The notes: generated by a model not told the origin, from the sequence alone. 64,000 nucleotides of DNA from an uncultured bacterium (GCA_965112635.1 OZ218778.1:544001-608000); one strand, 5' to 3'. Counted from the first letter of the stretch, positions 39,152 to 48,956 are shown. Numbers and translations are program-made.

Positions 39152-40189
39152 ATGGCTGGATCAATAAAAGTCGGTATTATCGGAGCGGGCGCCAACGCCA
39201 AGCTCCGCCATATCCCCGGTTTTCAGGCCATTCCCGGCTGCGAAGTTGCGGCCGTAGCCAACCGCACCATGGAGTCCGGCCAAAAGGTGGCCAAAGAGTT
39301 CAAGATTCCCAAGGTCTATGACCACTGGTCTAAGCTGTTGGACCAGCCGGATATTGACGCGGTCTGCATCGCCACCTGGCCTTATATGCATTGCCCTATC
39401 ACCGTGGAGGCTCTCCGGAAGAACAAGCATGTCCTGTGCGAGGCACGGATGGCTATGAACAGCCGCGAAGCCCATAAAATGTTAGAAGCCAGCCACAAAC
39501 ACCCCCGGCTGATAGCCCAGGTGGTGCCCGCGCCATTTACTTTCAAGGTGGACCAGACCATCAAGGAACTGGTCGCCAGCGGTTTCCTGGGCGACCTCCT
39601 CGCCATGGAAGTGCGGGTTTTGGACAAAAATTTTGCGGACACCCAGAGCCCTTTGACCTGGCGCCAGGACCGCCAGTTGAGCGGTTACAACACCATGACC
39701 ATGGGCATCTGGTACGAGTGCCTGATGCGCTGGGTCGGCGAGGCCAAAAAGGTCCAGGCCATGTCTAAGGTCTGCGTGGACAAGCGGCCCGGCCCGGACG
39801 GCAAAACGCGTTTTGTGAAGGTCCCTGACCACGTGGATATCACTTGCGCTTTTGGCTGCGGGGCCCAGGCCCACTTGCGTTTCAGCAGCGTGACCGGACT
39901 GGCTCCGGAAAGCGAGGTCTGGCTTTTTGGCTCCAAGGGTACGCTCTACCTCAATGCCGACAAGATGGTCTTGAAGGGCGGCCAAAAGGGCGACAAGGAA
40001 CTGCGTGAGATCCCCGTCCCTCCGGAAAAGCAGGGGCAATGGCAGGTGGAAAAAGATTTCATTGATTCTATCCGGGACCATAAACCTGTTACCCTGACGG
40101 ATTTTGCCACCGGCGTGAAATATATGGAATGGACCGAAGCGGTCATCAAGAGCGCTAAAAAAGGTAAGGCCATCAAACTGCCCCTGTAA
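39152..40189 (+). CDS. Gfo/Idh/MocA-family oxidoreductase
   Basis: GIIGAG Rossmann motif, IATWPYMH, KHVLCEARMA (EAR variant of EKP). Confidence 0.88.
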   Translation: MAGSIKVGIIGAGANAKLRHIPGFQAIPGCEVAAVANRTMESGQKVAKEFKIPKVYDHWSKLLDQPDIDAVCIATWPYMHCPITVEALRKNKHVLCEARMAMNSREAHKMLEASHKHPRLIAQVVPAPFTFKVDQTIKELVASGFLGDLLAMEVRVLDKNFADTQSPLTWRQDRQLSGYNTMTMGIWYECLMRWVGEAKKVQAMSKVCVDKRPGPDGKTRFVKVPDHVDITCAFGCGAQAHLRFSSVTGLAPESEVWLFGSKGTLYLNADKMVLKGGQKGDKELREIPVPPEKQGQWQVEKDFIDSIRDHKPVTLTDFATGVKYMEWTEAVIKSAKKGKAIKLPL

Positions 40190-40193
40190 AGGA

Positions 40194-41192
40194 CTAGCGG
40201 CTGGCCTTTTCGCAGTATTCCCGGAACAACCTGAGGTAAACTTTGTAATTCTCCAGCGATACGCCCGGCGGGGTCTGGTGGTCCACCGAGGGGATGTAAC
40301 CTCCCGACCGCATGACCGGCAAGAGCCTCTCGAACTCGGCCCGCATGGCCACTTCGCCTTTGTCCATCACCAGCTTGTCATACCCGCCCATCATCAGGAA
40401 ACGCGGATGCTCCCGCCGGATGCGCGCTAGGTCCACCCCGGCCTGCCTCTCCAAAGGGTAAATCCCCTCCAGCCCGGCCTCTGTAAGCCAGGGAATGACC
40501 TCGTGGATGTCGCCGTCGCTGTCCACCAACACCTTGACCCCGTATTTTTTGATATGAGGGATGACCTGGCGGTAATAGGGCGTCATAAACTCCTTGAAAG
40601 CCTTATAGGAAAGCATGGGGCCGTTGTTATAGGAAAAATCCTCGGCAAACCCGACCATATCGGGCTTAATCACCGGGAAAAGCGCTTCCACGGCCCGGAC
40701 ATTAAAGTCAGCCAAATCCTGGTTGATACGGCTTAATAGCTCGGCTTGGTCATAAAAGGAATAGAGATGCCTTTCAATGCCCAGCATGGCCCTGGGAAAC
40801 CAGAAAAACCCGTCCAGCCACAGCCTGATACTGATGGCCCCGGCGTCGTGCTTGGGCTTTAGTTCCAGAGCGGATCTTTTGAGTCCTTCCAGGATGGAAT
40901 CCTGGAAAAGGTAAGGCTTAATCTTCTCATAGGAGGCTTCGTCCGTAAGGATACCCGCGCCGTGGGTCTTTTCCCTGGGGCAATCCACTGTGGCCGCGCC
41001 ACAGCCCAAGCAGATCAAATGGTCCAGCCCGAAAAGCTCTACGAGCTCCTCCCCCTCCAGACCAGCGGCCAGACCTTCCTTTTTCCAGCGCTCTATCGTT
41101 TGGTCCCACCAGGGAGCCCATTCGATCATGGCTAGCCGGTCGTCAGGTTTTTCAAAGTTGAGCGTCTTGAGGAAGCGCTCACGGGGAGTCAC
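40194..41192 (-). CDS. Uroporphyrinogen decarboxylase-family protein (second type)
   Basis: MTPRERF, AEDFSYNNGP, VDSDG, PLERQAG, GGYIPSVDH. Confidence 0.83.
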   Translation of the reverse strand: MTPRERFLKTLNFEKPDDRLAMIEWAPWWDQTIERWKKEGLAAGLEGEELVELFGLDHLICLGCGAATVDCPREKTHGAGILTDEASYEKIKPYLFQDSILEGLKRSALELKPKHDAGAISIRLWLDGFFWFPRAMLGIERHLYSFYDQAELLSRINQDLADFNVRAVEALFPVIKPDMVGFAEDFSYNNGPMLSYKAFKEFMTPYYRQVIPHIKKYGVKVLVDSDGDIHEVIPWLTEAGLEGIYPLERQAGVDLARIRREHPRFLMMGGYDKLVMDKGEVAMRAEFERLLPVMRSGGYIPSVDHQTPPGVSLENYKVYLRLFREYCEKASR

Positions 41193-41201
41193 AAAAACCT
41201 C

Positions 41202-41942
41202 CTAGTCCAGGTTAAGAAGCTTGAAGGCCAGCATGAGCCCGATGCCCAGGATAAAGAGAGCCATGGAAATCGCGGCGCGCTTTGAGTCTTCCTGCTTGTG
41301 CAGTTCCGGGATGAGGTCGCAGCAGGCGATATACACGAACCCTCCGGCTGCAAAGGGCAGGACCATTTGGCCGAACCCGCTCACAGCCAGGCCGTAAAAA
41401 TATCCCAGGACCGAGCCCAGGATAGCCGTGACCGCGGTCAGGAAGTTATAGAACAGGGCCCTGGTCTTGCTAAACCCGCCGTAGACCAGTATGCCGAAAT
41501 CGCCCAGTTCGTGCGGGATCTCGTGCATGACGATGGCCAGGGTGGCCACCAGCCCGAAATTGATACTGACCAGGAAGCTGGCTCCGATGATGACCCCGTC
41601 CATGAAATTATGGAGGCTGGAGCCGAATATATTAAGGTAGGTATAGGGGTGCACCTTGCACTCCACGTCGTGACAGTGCCTCCAAAAAAAATACCGTTCC
41701 ATCACGAAGAAAAGGATGAAACCCAGGATCAGGGTGACATAGGTGGCCAGGCCGTTGTGCTGAGCCAAAGATTCGGGCAGCAGGTGGAAAAAGGCCGCGC
41801 CGATCAATCCGCCGGCCGCGAACGCCACCAGGTAGATCAGAACGGCATGGAGCGTCTTCTCGTTGAGCAAAAAAGTGAGGATGCCGATCAGGGAAAGCAG
41901 GCTCACCGCCACGCTGGCCCCCAGGACCCAGACAATCAACAT
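41202..41942 (-). CDS. ZIP-family metal (zinc) transporter
   Basis: HLLPES, HCH, HNFMDG, HEIPHELGDF, DLIPELH. Confidence 0.92.
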   Translation of the reverse strand: MLIVWVLGASVAVSLLSLIGILTFLLNEKTLHAVLIYLVAFAAGGLIGAAFFHLLPESLAQHNGLATYVTLILGFILFFVMERYFFWRHCHDVECKVHPYTYLNIFGSSLHNFMDGVIIGASFLVSINFGLVATLAIVMHEIPHELGDFGILVYGGFSKTRALFYNFLTAVTAILGSVLGYFYGLAVSGFGQMVLPFAAGGFVYIACCDLIPELHKQEDSKRAAISMALFILGIGLMLAFKLLNLD

Positions 41943-42069
41943 AAGCAGAGCTGCTCCTGTTCCGGGCAAAAGATTAACAAACAGGCCCTAGAATGTTATA
42001 CTTCTTCCTGTTAATGTTAAAAAGAATAGGGATATCTTAACTGCCTTTATGCGTCAAGGAAAGGACAAA

Positions 42070-43380
42070 ATGAGCAGGACCAAAGGCTTGAAACCCCTGG
42101 GCTCGGCCAGGCTGATCGTTGACGGGCAGGAGCTGGAACTGCCAGTTTATGTAGGCACGGAAAAAGAGAAAACCATAGATATCGATGACTTGCGGGAAAA
42201 AACAGGCTGCATCACCCTGGACCACGGCTATCTGAACACAGGCTCCTGCCTCAGCACCATCACCTATATCGACGGTGACAAAGGCATCCTGCGGTATCGG
42301 GGCTACCCCATCGAGGAGCTGGCCAAGCACTCTAATTTTATAGAGACCAGCTTCTTGCTCATCCGGGGACATTTGCCCTCCCCGGACGAGCTCCACGAAT
42401 TCATCAGCGAGATAAAACATTCTACCCCGCTGGATAAAAAGATCCAGCAGTTCTATGACGGGGTTCCCCAGGGCGGCCACCCCATGGCGGTCCTGGCTTC
42501 GATGGTGAGCGCCATGTCCACCTTTTATCAGGAGTACGCCGACCCCCAGGACTCACGGCACATTCATCTGGCCATCTACCGGCTGATGGGCAAGATCCCC
42601 TCCATCCTGGCCTACGGATTTAAAAAGACCATGGGCCAGGCCATCGTGGAGCCCGACCCGTCGCTCGACTACAGTTCCAACTTCCTCCATATGATGTTCG
42701 CCAACCCCGCGGGCAATTACAAGGTGGATCCGGTACTGGCCAAGGCCCTGGACACGGCCCTGCTCCTCCACGCCGACCACGAGCAGAGCTGCAGCACCTC
42801 CACGGTCCGGCTGGTGGGCACGAGCGGCGCCAACATGTACGCCTCCATCTCGGCCGGCATCAGCGCCCTCTGGGGATATTTCCACGGCGGTGCGGCCCAG
42901 GCCGTGGTCGAAATGCTGCAGGAGATACACAACAGCGGTATTAGCGCCAAAGACTACATTGAAAAGGTCAAACGGAAAGAGGACGGCATCCGGCTCATGG
43001 GATTCGGCCACCGCGTGTACAAAAACTTCGACCCGCGGGCCAAGATCATCAAAAAACTCTGCCACGATGTCCTCAAAAGGACCGGGCATAAGAGCCCCCT
43101 CTTTGAGCTGGCCCAAAAACTGGAGAACATCGCGCTTAAAGACGACTATTTCCTGGCACGCAAGCTGTATCCCAACGTGGACTACTATACCGGGATCACC
43201 TACCTGGCCCTCGGCATCCCCGTCAACATGTATACGGTCATGTTCGCCATGGGACGCATGCCGGGCTGGATCGCCCAGTGGCTGGAAATGAAGCACGACC
43301 CGGCCACAAAATTGGGCCGGCCGCGGCAAGTTTACACGGGCTCGACCATTCGCCACTACCCGGCCAATAAAAAAAGATAG
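42070..43380 (+). CDS. gltA: Citrate synthase (type II-like)
   Basis: YIDGDKGILRYRGY, HPM, HADHEQ, HGGA, GFGHRVY, YPNVD, RPRQVY. Confidence 0.93.
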   Translation: MSRTKGLKPLGSARLIVDGQELELPVYVGTEKEKTIDIDDLREKTGCITLDHGYLNTGSCLSTITYIDGDKGILRYRGYPIEELAKHSNFIETSFLLIRGHLPSPDELHEFISEIKHSTPLDKKIQQFYDGVPQGGHPMAVLASMVSAMSTFYQEYADPQDSRHIHLAIYRLMGKIPSILAYGFKKTMGQAIVEPDPSLDYSSNFLHMMFANPAGNYKVDPVLAKALDTALLLHADHEQSCSTSTVRLVGTSGANMYASISAGISALWGYFHGGAAQAVVEMLQEIHNSGISAKDYIEKVKRKEDGIRLMGFGHRVYKNFDPRAKIIKKLCHDVLKRTGHKSPLFELAQKLENIALKDDYFLARKLYPNVDYYTGITYLALGIPVNMYTVMFAMGRMPGWIAQWLEMKHDPATKLGRPRQVYTGSTIRHYPANKKR

Positions 43381-43407
43381 GGCGGCTTTTGGTTTTTCGC
43401 CGCGCCC

Positions 43408-43436
43408 TTTACAAACGGTGTTTTTGCTGATATCTT
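43408..43436 (+). promoter_or_regulatory. Sigma70-type promoter of the ech operon
   Basis: TTTACA-N17-TATCTT about 90 bp upstream of echA. Confidence 0.55.
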
Positions 43437-43449
43437 ATATTCATTAGTT

Positions 43450-43472
43450 TTTGCTTAAGTTTTTTAAGCAAA
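43450..43472. promoter_or_regulatory. Palindromic operator candidate
   Basis: Perfect inverted repeat TTTGCTTAA-N5-TTAAGCAAA just downstream of the predicted -10 box. Confidence 0.55.
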
Positions 43473-43523
43473 TCACCCTGAACTTCAAAATCCAAAAACA
43501 ATTAGCTCAGAGAGGTCTTTTTA

Positions 43524-45413
43524 GTGGGGCTACTTTTATTTCTGATCGGATTTCCGCTGCTGGTCGCGTTCTTGGTCCTGGCGGCAAAAAATGACCGCCT
43601 AAGGGGCGGGGTCATCACCCTGGCCACGGTGGTCCTGTGCGCGGCTTCCATCCTGCTCTTGTTCGACAACTTCCACCGTCCTCCCCAACTTTTTAGCGCC
43701 GAGTTTCCCGGGGTTGAAAAAATCATGCTGGGGCTGGAGATATTGCTGGGCGCCTACATCTTCTTCCTCAGTCTTAAATTCAAACAATACATGGTGGCCA
43801 GCCTGGTCACCCTCCAGGTCTTAATAATGGTAGTCTGCGAGCTCACTTTCGGAGCCTCGGTCAAGGTGGACTACAACCTCTTTGTGGACAATTTATCCGT
43901 CATCATGGCCCTGATCATCGGCATTATCGGCAGCCTGATCTGCCTTTACTCCGTGGGCTATATGAAGCGCCTGCACGAAGAGCACCACAAAGAGATCCCC
44001 GACCGCCGGCCTTTCTTTTCCTTTATCTTATTCGTCTTCCTTGCGGCCATGTTCGGGGTAGTCTTCGCCAACAACCTCGTTTGGCTGTACTTTTTCTGGG
44101 AAATCACCACCCTGTGCTCCTTCTTCCTGATCGCCTACAAGCAGGATGAAATATCCTGGAAAAACGCTTTCCTGGCCCTCAAATACAACCTTTTGGGCGG
44201 CTTGGGCTTTGCCCTGGCCCTGGCCTACCTTATGTATACGCCTAAAGTCATCGAAATGGACAAGGTCCTGGCCCTGGGCAAGGCCAGCGTCATGATCCCG
44301 GTCGCCTTGATCTGCTTTGCCGGACTGACCAAATCGGCCCAGATGCCCTTCTCCTCCTGGCTCTTGGGCGCCATGGTCGCTCCGACCCCGGTCTCGGCCC
44401 TGCTGCATTCCAGCACCATGGTCAAGGCTGGCGTCTATATCCTGCTCAAATTTGCCACCGTGCTCCAGGGGACCCTGGTGGGCGGCATGCTGGCCCTGGT
44501 CGGCTGCCTTACTTTTGTCCTGGCTTCTTTTATCGCCATTACCCAGAGCGATGCCAAAAGGGTCCTGGCCTACTCCACCGTGGCCAACCTCGGCCTCATC
44601 GTGATGTGCGCCGGGATCGGTTCCTATGAGGCGGTCTGGGCCGGCGTCTTTTTGATCATTTTCCACGCCATTGCCAAAGGGCTTCTTTTCCTCTGCGTGG
44701 GTACCACCGAACATAACATCCACAGCCGCAACATCGAGGACATGGGCGGCCTGATCCTGAGGCTCCCCAAGATTGCCGTCATGATGCAGATCGGCATGGC
44801 CGGCATGTTCCTGGCGCCTTTTGGGATGCTCATCAGCAAATGGGCCGTGCTCAAGGCCCTGGTCGTCAGCCCCTACATGGCCATGGTCTTTTTACTGGCC
44901 GTGGGCAGCAGCGCGACCCTGTTCTTCTGGGTCAAATGGATGGGCAAGCTCATCACGGTCATGGGGCCGCAAGAGAACGTGGAAAAAGGCGTCACGGTGA
45001 GCGAATGGACGCCGCTCTACATCCTCGCGGGCTTGACCATCGTGGTCTGCGCGATCTTCCCCCTGATCTCGACCCACCTCGTCGAGGTTTACCTGATAAA
45101 CATTTACAACACCACGGTCATGGTCATGAGCCAGGGCAATACCCTGATCATGCTCCTGATGATGGTCATGGTCCTGCTGTTCCCCCTGACCTTTTTGAAT
45201 TACGGCAAGAATGTCCGCGTCACGGACGCTTACCTGGGCGGAGCCAATGTCCAGGGCAGCACCCAGTTCACCGGGTCCACCGGCGACGTGACCGACCTGG
45301 AGACCAAGAACTATTATCTTGAGAACATCTTTGGGGAATCCAAACTCATCAAGGTAGGAGCTATTTTGACGATCATTTCGATCCTGGTCATGGTGGTGGT
45401 CCCATGGGTCTGA
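43524..45413 (+). CDS. echA: Ech hydrogenase subunit A (NuoL/MrpA-like antiporter)
   Basis: FWEITT, KSAQMPF, AMVAPTPVSALLHSSTMVKAG, KRVLAYST. Confidence 0.92.
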   Translation: MGLLLFLIGFPLLVAFLVLAAKNDRLRGGVITLATVVLCAASILLLFDNFHRPPQLFSAEFPGVEKIMLGLEILLGAYIFFLSLKFKQYMVASLVTLQVLIMVVCELTFGASVKVDYNLFVDNLSVIMALIIGIIGSLICLYSVGYMKRLHEEHHKEIPDRRPFFSFILFVFLAAMFGVVFANNLVWLYFFWEITTLCSFFLIAYKQDEISWKNAFLALKYNLLGGLGFALALAYLMYTPKVIEMDKVLALGKASVMIPVALICFAGLTKSAQMPFSSWLLGAMVAPTPVSALLHSSTMVKAGVYILLKFATVLQGTLVGGMLALVGCLTFVLASFIAITQSDAKRVLAYSTVANLGLIVMCAGIGSYEAVWAGVFLIIFHAIAKGLLFLCVGTTEHNIHSRNIEDMGGLILRLPKIAVMMQIGMAGMFLAPFGMLISKWAVLKALVVSPYMAMVFLLAVGSSATLFFWVKWMGKLITVMGPQENVEKGVTVSEWTPLYILAGLTIVVCAIFPLISTHLVEVYLINIYNTTVMVMSQGNTLIMLLMMVMVLLFPLTFLNYGKNVRVTDAYLGGANVQGSTQFTGSTGDVTDLETKNYYLENIFGESKLIKVGAILTIISILVMVVVPWV

Positions 45414-46264
45414 ACACGCTTGTGGCCTTGATCATCTATCTCATCGCTGCTCCCCTCGTGGGAGGCATCCTCGCTGGCTGGGACCGCCGGTTGACCGCCC
45501 GCCTGCAAAGCCGGGTCGGCCCGCCCATCCTGCAGCCTTTCTATGATGTTCTTAAGCTGATGAGCAAGGAGAACCTGGTCGTCCGCATGTCCCAGAACTT
45601 TTATGTTCTTTTCTTCCTCATCCTGGTCATTTTCACCGGCGCTCTGTTCTTCACGGGCGGCGACCTGCTGCTGGTCATCTTTTCCCTGACCCTGGCCGCG
45701 GTCTTCTTTGCCCTGGCCGGTTTTAAGACCAGCTCGTCCTATAGTTTCTTGGGCGCTCAGCGGGAGCTCATCCAGATGATGGCCTATGAGCCCATGATCA
45801 TCCTGGCGGCCGTAGGCATGTTCATGGTCGCCAAGAGTTTCGCGGTCAGCGATATCTTGGCTTGCCCCCTGTTGCTCATCGCCTACCTGCCCGGCATTTT
45901 CCTGGGATTCCTTTTCATCCTGATCATCAAATTCCGCAAATCGCCCTTTGACCTGTCCATGTCCCACCACGCCCATCAGGAGCTGGCCCGCGGCATCATC
46001 ACCGAATTCTCCGGCTCCACCCTGGCCATGATCGAGATCGCCCATTGGTACGAGAACGTCCTCCTGCTGGGTTTTGTGGGGCTGTTTTTCGCCAACAACC
46101 TCTGGCTCGCCGTCATCGCGGCGTTGGCCTCTTACTTCGTGCTGATCTTTATCGACAACACTTTCGCCCGCGTGAAATGGACCCTGGCCCTGCGGAGCTC
46201 CTGGATCGTCACCTTGGTCCTCGGTCTGGGCAACCTCGCGGTTTTGATATTCGTGCTTAAATAA
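45404..46264 (+). CDS. echB: Ech hydrogenase subunit B (NuoH-like)
   Basis: ARLQSRVGPPILQPFYD, KSPFDLS..HHAHQEL, EFSG. Confidence 0.92.
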   Translation: MGLNTLVALIIYLIAAPLVGGILAGWDRRLTARLQSRVGPPILQPFYDVLKLMSKENLVVRMSQNFYVLFFLILVIFTGALFFTGGDLLLVIFSLTLAAVFFALAGFKTSSSYSFLGAQRELIQMMAYEPMIILAAVGMFMVAKSFAVSDILACPLLLIAYLPGIFLGFLFILIIKFRKSPFDLSMSHHAHQELARGIITEFSGSTLAMIEIAHWYENVLLLGFVGLFFANNLWLAVIAALASYFVLIFIDNTFARVKWTLALRSSWIVTLVLGLGNLAVLIFVLK

Positions 46265-46275
46265 AAGGAGTTTAA

Positions 46276-46734
46276 ATGTCTTATTTAAAAAGGTCGCCGT
46301 GGGTCATCCACTATGACGCCTCCAGCTGCAACGGTTGCGACATCGAGGTCCTGGCCTGCCTGACCCCGGTTTACGACGTGGAACGCTTCGGCATCATCAA
46401 TACCGGCAACCCCAAGCACGCGGACATTTTTTTGATCACCGGTTCAGTCAACGAGCAGAACAAGACCGTAGTCCTGAATATCTATAATGAGATGCCCAAC
46501 CCCAAGGTCGTGGTGGCCATCGGCGCCTGCGCTTTGACAGGTGGCATTTTTGCCGAGACCTATAACGTGCAGGGCGGGGTGGACAAAGTCATCCCGGTGG
46601 ACGTCTATGTTCCCGGCTGCGCCGCCAGGCCCGAGGCCATCATCGATGGCGTCGTGCAGGGTCTCGCGGTCCTCGAGGAAAAATACGCCAAACTTCACAA
46701 GGAAAAAACCGCTAAAAATGAGGTAAAAAAATAA
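46276..46734 (+). CDS. echC: Ech hydrogenase small subunit C
   Basis: SCNGCDIE, GACA, VPGCAARP. Confidence 0.94.
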   Translation: MSYLKRSPWVIHYDASSCNGCDIEVLACLTPVYDVERFGIINTGNPKHADIFLITGSVNEQNKTVVLNIYNEMPNPKVVVAIGACALTGGIFAETYNVQGGVDKVIPVDVYVPGCAARPEAIIDGVVQGLAVLEEKYAKLHKEKTAKNEVKK

Positions 46735-47117
46735 TGGACGCGCAAACCTTTACCCCGATCAATGTCTCCGAGCTGGTCTCCAAGGTCGGGGAGCTGAAAA
46801 ATTCTGGCTATAGGATGGTCCAGATCTGCGCCGCCAAAGTGGACCAGGGCCTGGAACTCACCTATTCCTTTGACAAGGAGTACGGTCTGGTCAACTTGCG
46901 GTTCACTCTGCCCTCGACCGAGGTGGAGGTCCCCAGCGTCAGCGGAGTTTACTGGAACTCCTTCTTGTACGAGAACGAGCTGCACGATCTTTTCGGCATC
47001 AAGGTCACCAACATCAACGTGGACTACAAGGGAAAATTCTACAAGACCTCGGTCAAGTGGCCCTTTAATCCCGAGCCAAAACCCGCCGAGAGCGCGGAGA
47101 AAGATAAACAGCCATGA
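46734..47117 (+). CDS. echD: Ech hydrogenase subunit D (NuoC-like)
   Basis: RMVQIC, YENELHDLFGI. Confidence 0.9.
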   Translation: MDAQTFTPINVSELVSKVGELKNSGYRMVQICAAKVDQGLELTYSFDKEYGLVNLRFTLPSTEVEVPSVSGVYWNSFLYENELHDLFGIKVTNINVDYKGKFYKTSVKWPFNPEPKPAESAEKDKQP

Positions 47118-48193
47118 GCAAACGGACGATCATCCCCTTCGGCCCCCAGCATCCGGTGCTGCCGGAGCCTATCCATCTGGACCTGGTGATGGAGGACGAG
47201 AAGGTCGTGCAGGCCATACCCTCCATTGGGTTCATCCACCGGGGGCTCGAAAAACTGGTGGAGAAAAAGGATTTCATTGACTACGCCTTTGTGGCGGAGC
47301 GCATCTGCGGCATCTGCAGCTTTATCCACGGCATGACCTACTGCCTGGCCGTTGAGTCCATCATGAAACTGGAAGTCCCGCCGCGCGCCGCTTACCTGCG
47401 CATCATCTGGGGCGAGCTCTCCCGTATCCACAGCCACCTGCTCTGGCTGGGCCTGATGGCTGACGGGTTCGGCTTTGAGAGCCTGTTCATGCAATCGTGG
47501 CGCATCAGGGAAAAGATCCTCGACATCATCGAGGCCACGACCGGCGGCCGGGTCATTTTCGGGACTTCCAAGGTCGGCGGGGTGCGCCGGGACATTTCCA
47601 AGGAAACCATGGCGGATATGCTGAAAAAACTCGCGGAATACGAGAAGGAAATCAACAAGCTGACCAAGGTCTTTATGAACGACAGCTCGGTCAAGCACCG
47701 CCTGGTCGGGGTCGGCGTCCTGTCCCAAGAGGATGCCTACGCCCTGGGCGCGGTCGGCCCGACTCTGCGGGGCAGCGGCGTAGTCCGGGACACCCGCAAA
47801 CTGGGTTACAGCCTGTATAACGAGATCACTTTTGAACCCATCGTGGAAAAGGACGGCGACAGCTACAGCCGCTGCATGGTCCGGGTGAGGGAGCTTAACC
47901 AGTCCTTTGACATCATCCGCCAGGCCGCCCAAAAGATGCCCGAAGGCCCCATCGCGGCCAAGGTTACGGGGCTTCCTGACGGCGAAGTGGTCATGCGCAC
48001 CGAGCAGCCCCGCGGCGAGGTCGTTTATTACGCCAAGGCGAACGCTACCCGCTATCTCAAGAGGTTAAGGGTACGGACGCCCACTTTTGCCAACATACCG
48101 CCCCTGGTTAAACTTCTGCCGGGATGCGAGCTGGCTGATGTGCCGGTCCTGGTCCTGACCATCGACCCCTGCATCAGCTGTACGGAGAGATAA
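47114..48193 (+). CDS. echE: Ech [NiFe]-hydrogenase large subunit E
   Basis: GPQHP, L1 ERICGIC, L2 DPCISCTER ending without a cleavable C-terminal extension. Confidence 0.95.
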   Translation: MSKRTIIPFGPQHPVLPEPIHLDLVMEDEKVVQAIPSIGFIHRGLEKLVEKKDFIDYAFVAERICGICSFIHGMTYCLAVESIMKLEVPPRAAYLRIIWGELSRIHSHLLWLGLMADGFGFESLFMQSWRIREKILDIIEATTGGRVIFGTSKVGGVRRDISKETMADMLKKLAEYEKEINKLTKVFMNDSSVKHRLVGVGVLSQEDAYALGAVGPTLRGSGVVRDTRKLGYSLYNEITFEPIVEKDGDSYSRCMVRVRELNQSFDIIRQAAQKMPEGPIAAKVTGLPDGEVVMRTEQPRGEVVYYAKANATRYLKRLRVRTPTFANIPPLVKLLPGCELADVPVLVLTIDPCISCTER

Positions 48194-48194
48194 A

Positions 48195-48527
48195 ATGCCT
48201 AACTTTTCCATGTCATCGACGGTCCTGAAAAACCTGTTCCACAAACCCTCCACGGTGAAATACCCGTTCGAGACCAAGGCTCCCCTGCCCATGTCGCGGG
48301 GAAGCATCCGCTACGACGTTTCCCAGTGCATCTTCTGCGGGATGTGCCAGAAAAAATGCCCCACCGGCGCCATCACCATGTTCAAGGAAGAGAAAAAATT
48401 CACGGTGAAGCGCCAGAACTGCATTGTCTGCGGTTACTGCGTTGAGGTCTGCCCCAAGAAGTGCATCTACATGGACGCCGCCTACTCCAAACCCTTCCGC
48501 GCCAAAGGCGAGGATACTTTCCTCTGA
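48195..48527 (+). CDS. echF: Ech hydrogenase subunit F (2x[4Fe-4S])
   Basis: CIFCGMCQKKCP and CIVCGYCVEVCP. Confidence 0.92.
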   Translation: MPNFSMSSTVLKNLFHKPSTVKYPFETKAPLPMSRGSIRYDVSQCIFCGMCQKKCPTGAITMFKEEKKFTVKRQNCIVCGYCVEVCPKKCIYMDAAYSKPFRAKGEDTFL

Positions 48528-48871
48528 TGCACGAATACCACCTGGTCGAAGACATCGTCAAAAAGGTCCTGGAATCCGCAGCGCAAAACCATGCCGTCAA
48601 GGTCACCAAAGTGAACCTGGTCGTGGGTGAGCTGTCGGGTCTCGCGGAAAGTTCGGTCCGGCTGTACTTTGAAAGCCTTTCCAAAGGCACCATCGCCGAG
48701 CAGGCCAAATTGGTCATCACACCTCTTCCCGCCAAGCTCCAGTGCAAGTACTGCGGCTTTTTGTTCGTCCGTAAAAAAGGCGAATTCGACTGTCCCCAGT
48801 GCGGCAAACCCGCTGTCCCGACCGAGATCGGCAAGGAGTTCTATATCAAGGATATTGAGGTCGAAGAATAG
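48527..48871 (+). CDS. hypA: Hydrogenase nickel metallochaperone
   Basis: MHEY start (TGATG overlap with echF), VGELSG, CxxC...CPQC, GKEF. Confidence 0.93.
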   Translation: MHEYHLVEDIVKKVLESAAQNHAVKVTKVNLVVGELSGLAESSVRLYFESLSKGTIAEQAKLVITPLPAKLQCKYCGFLFVRKKGEFDCPQCGKPAVPTEIGKEFYIKDIEVEE

Positions 48872-48956
48872 GCCTCCTGATCCAGTTGGAAGTTGCATTA
48901 GGCGCAAAAACCTTCCTCTAGGATTTGTTACAAGGAGTTTCCAACGACGGGTTAGA

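Noticed and set aside
48461-48526. Upstream extension of hypA in the ORF track
   Set aside because: HypA needs the N-terminal MHE nickel motif, so the start is 48527.
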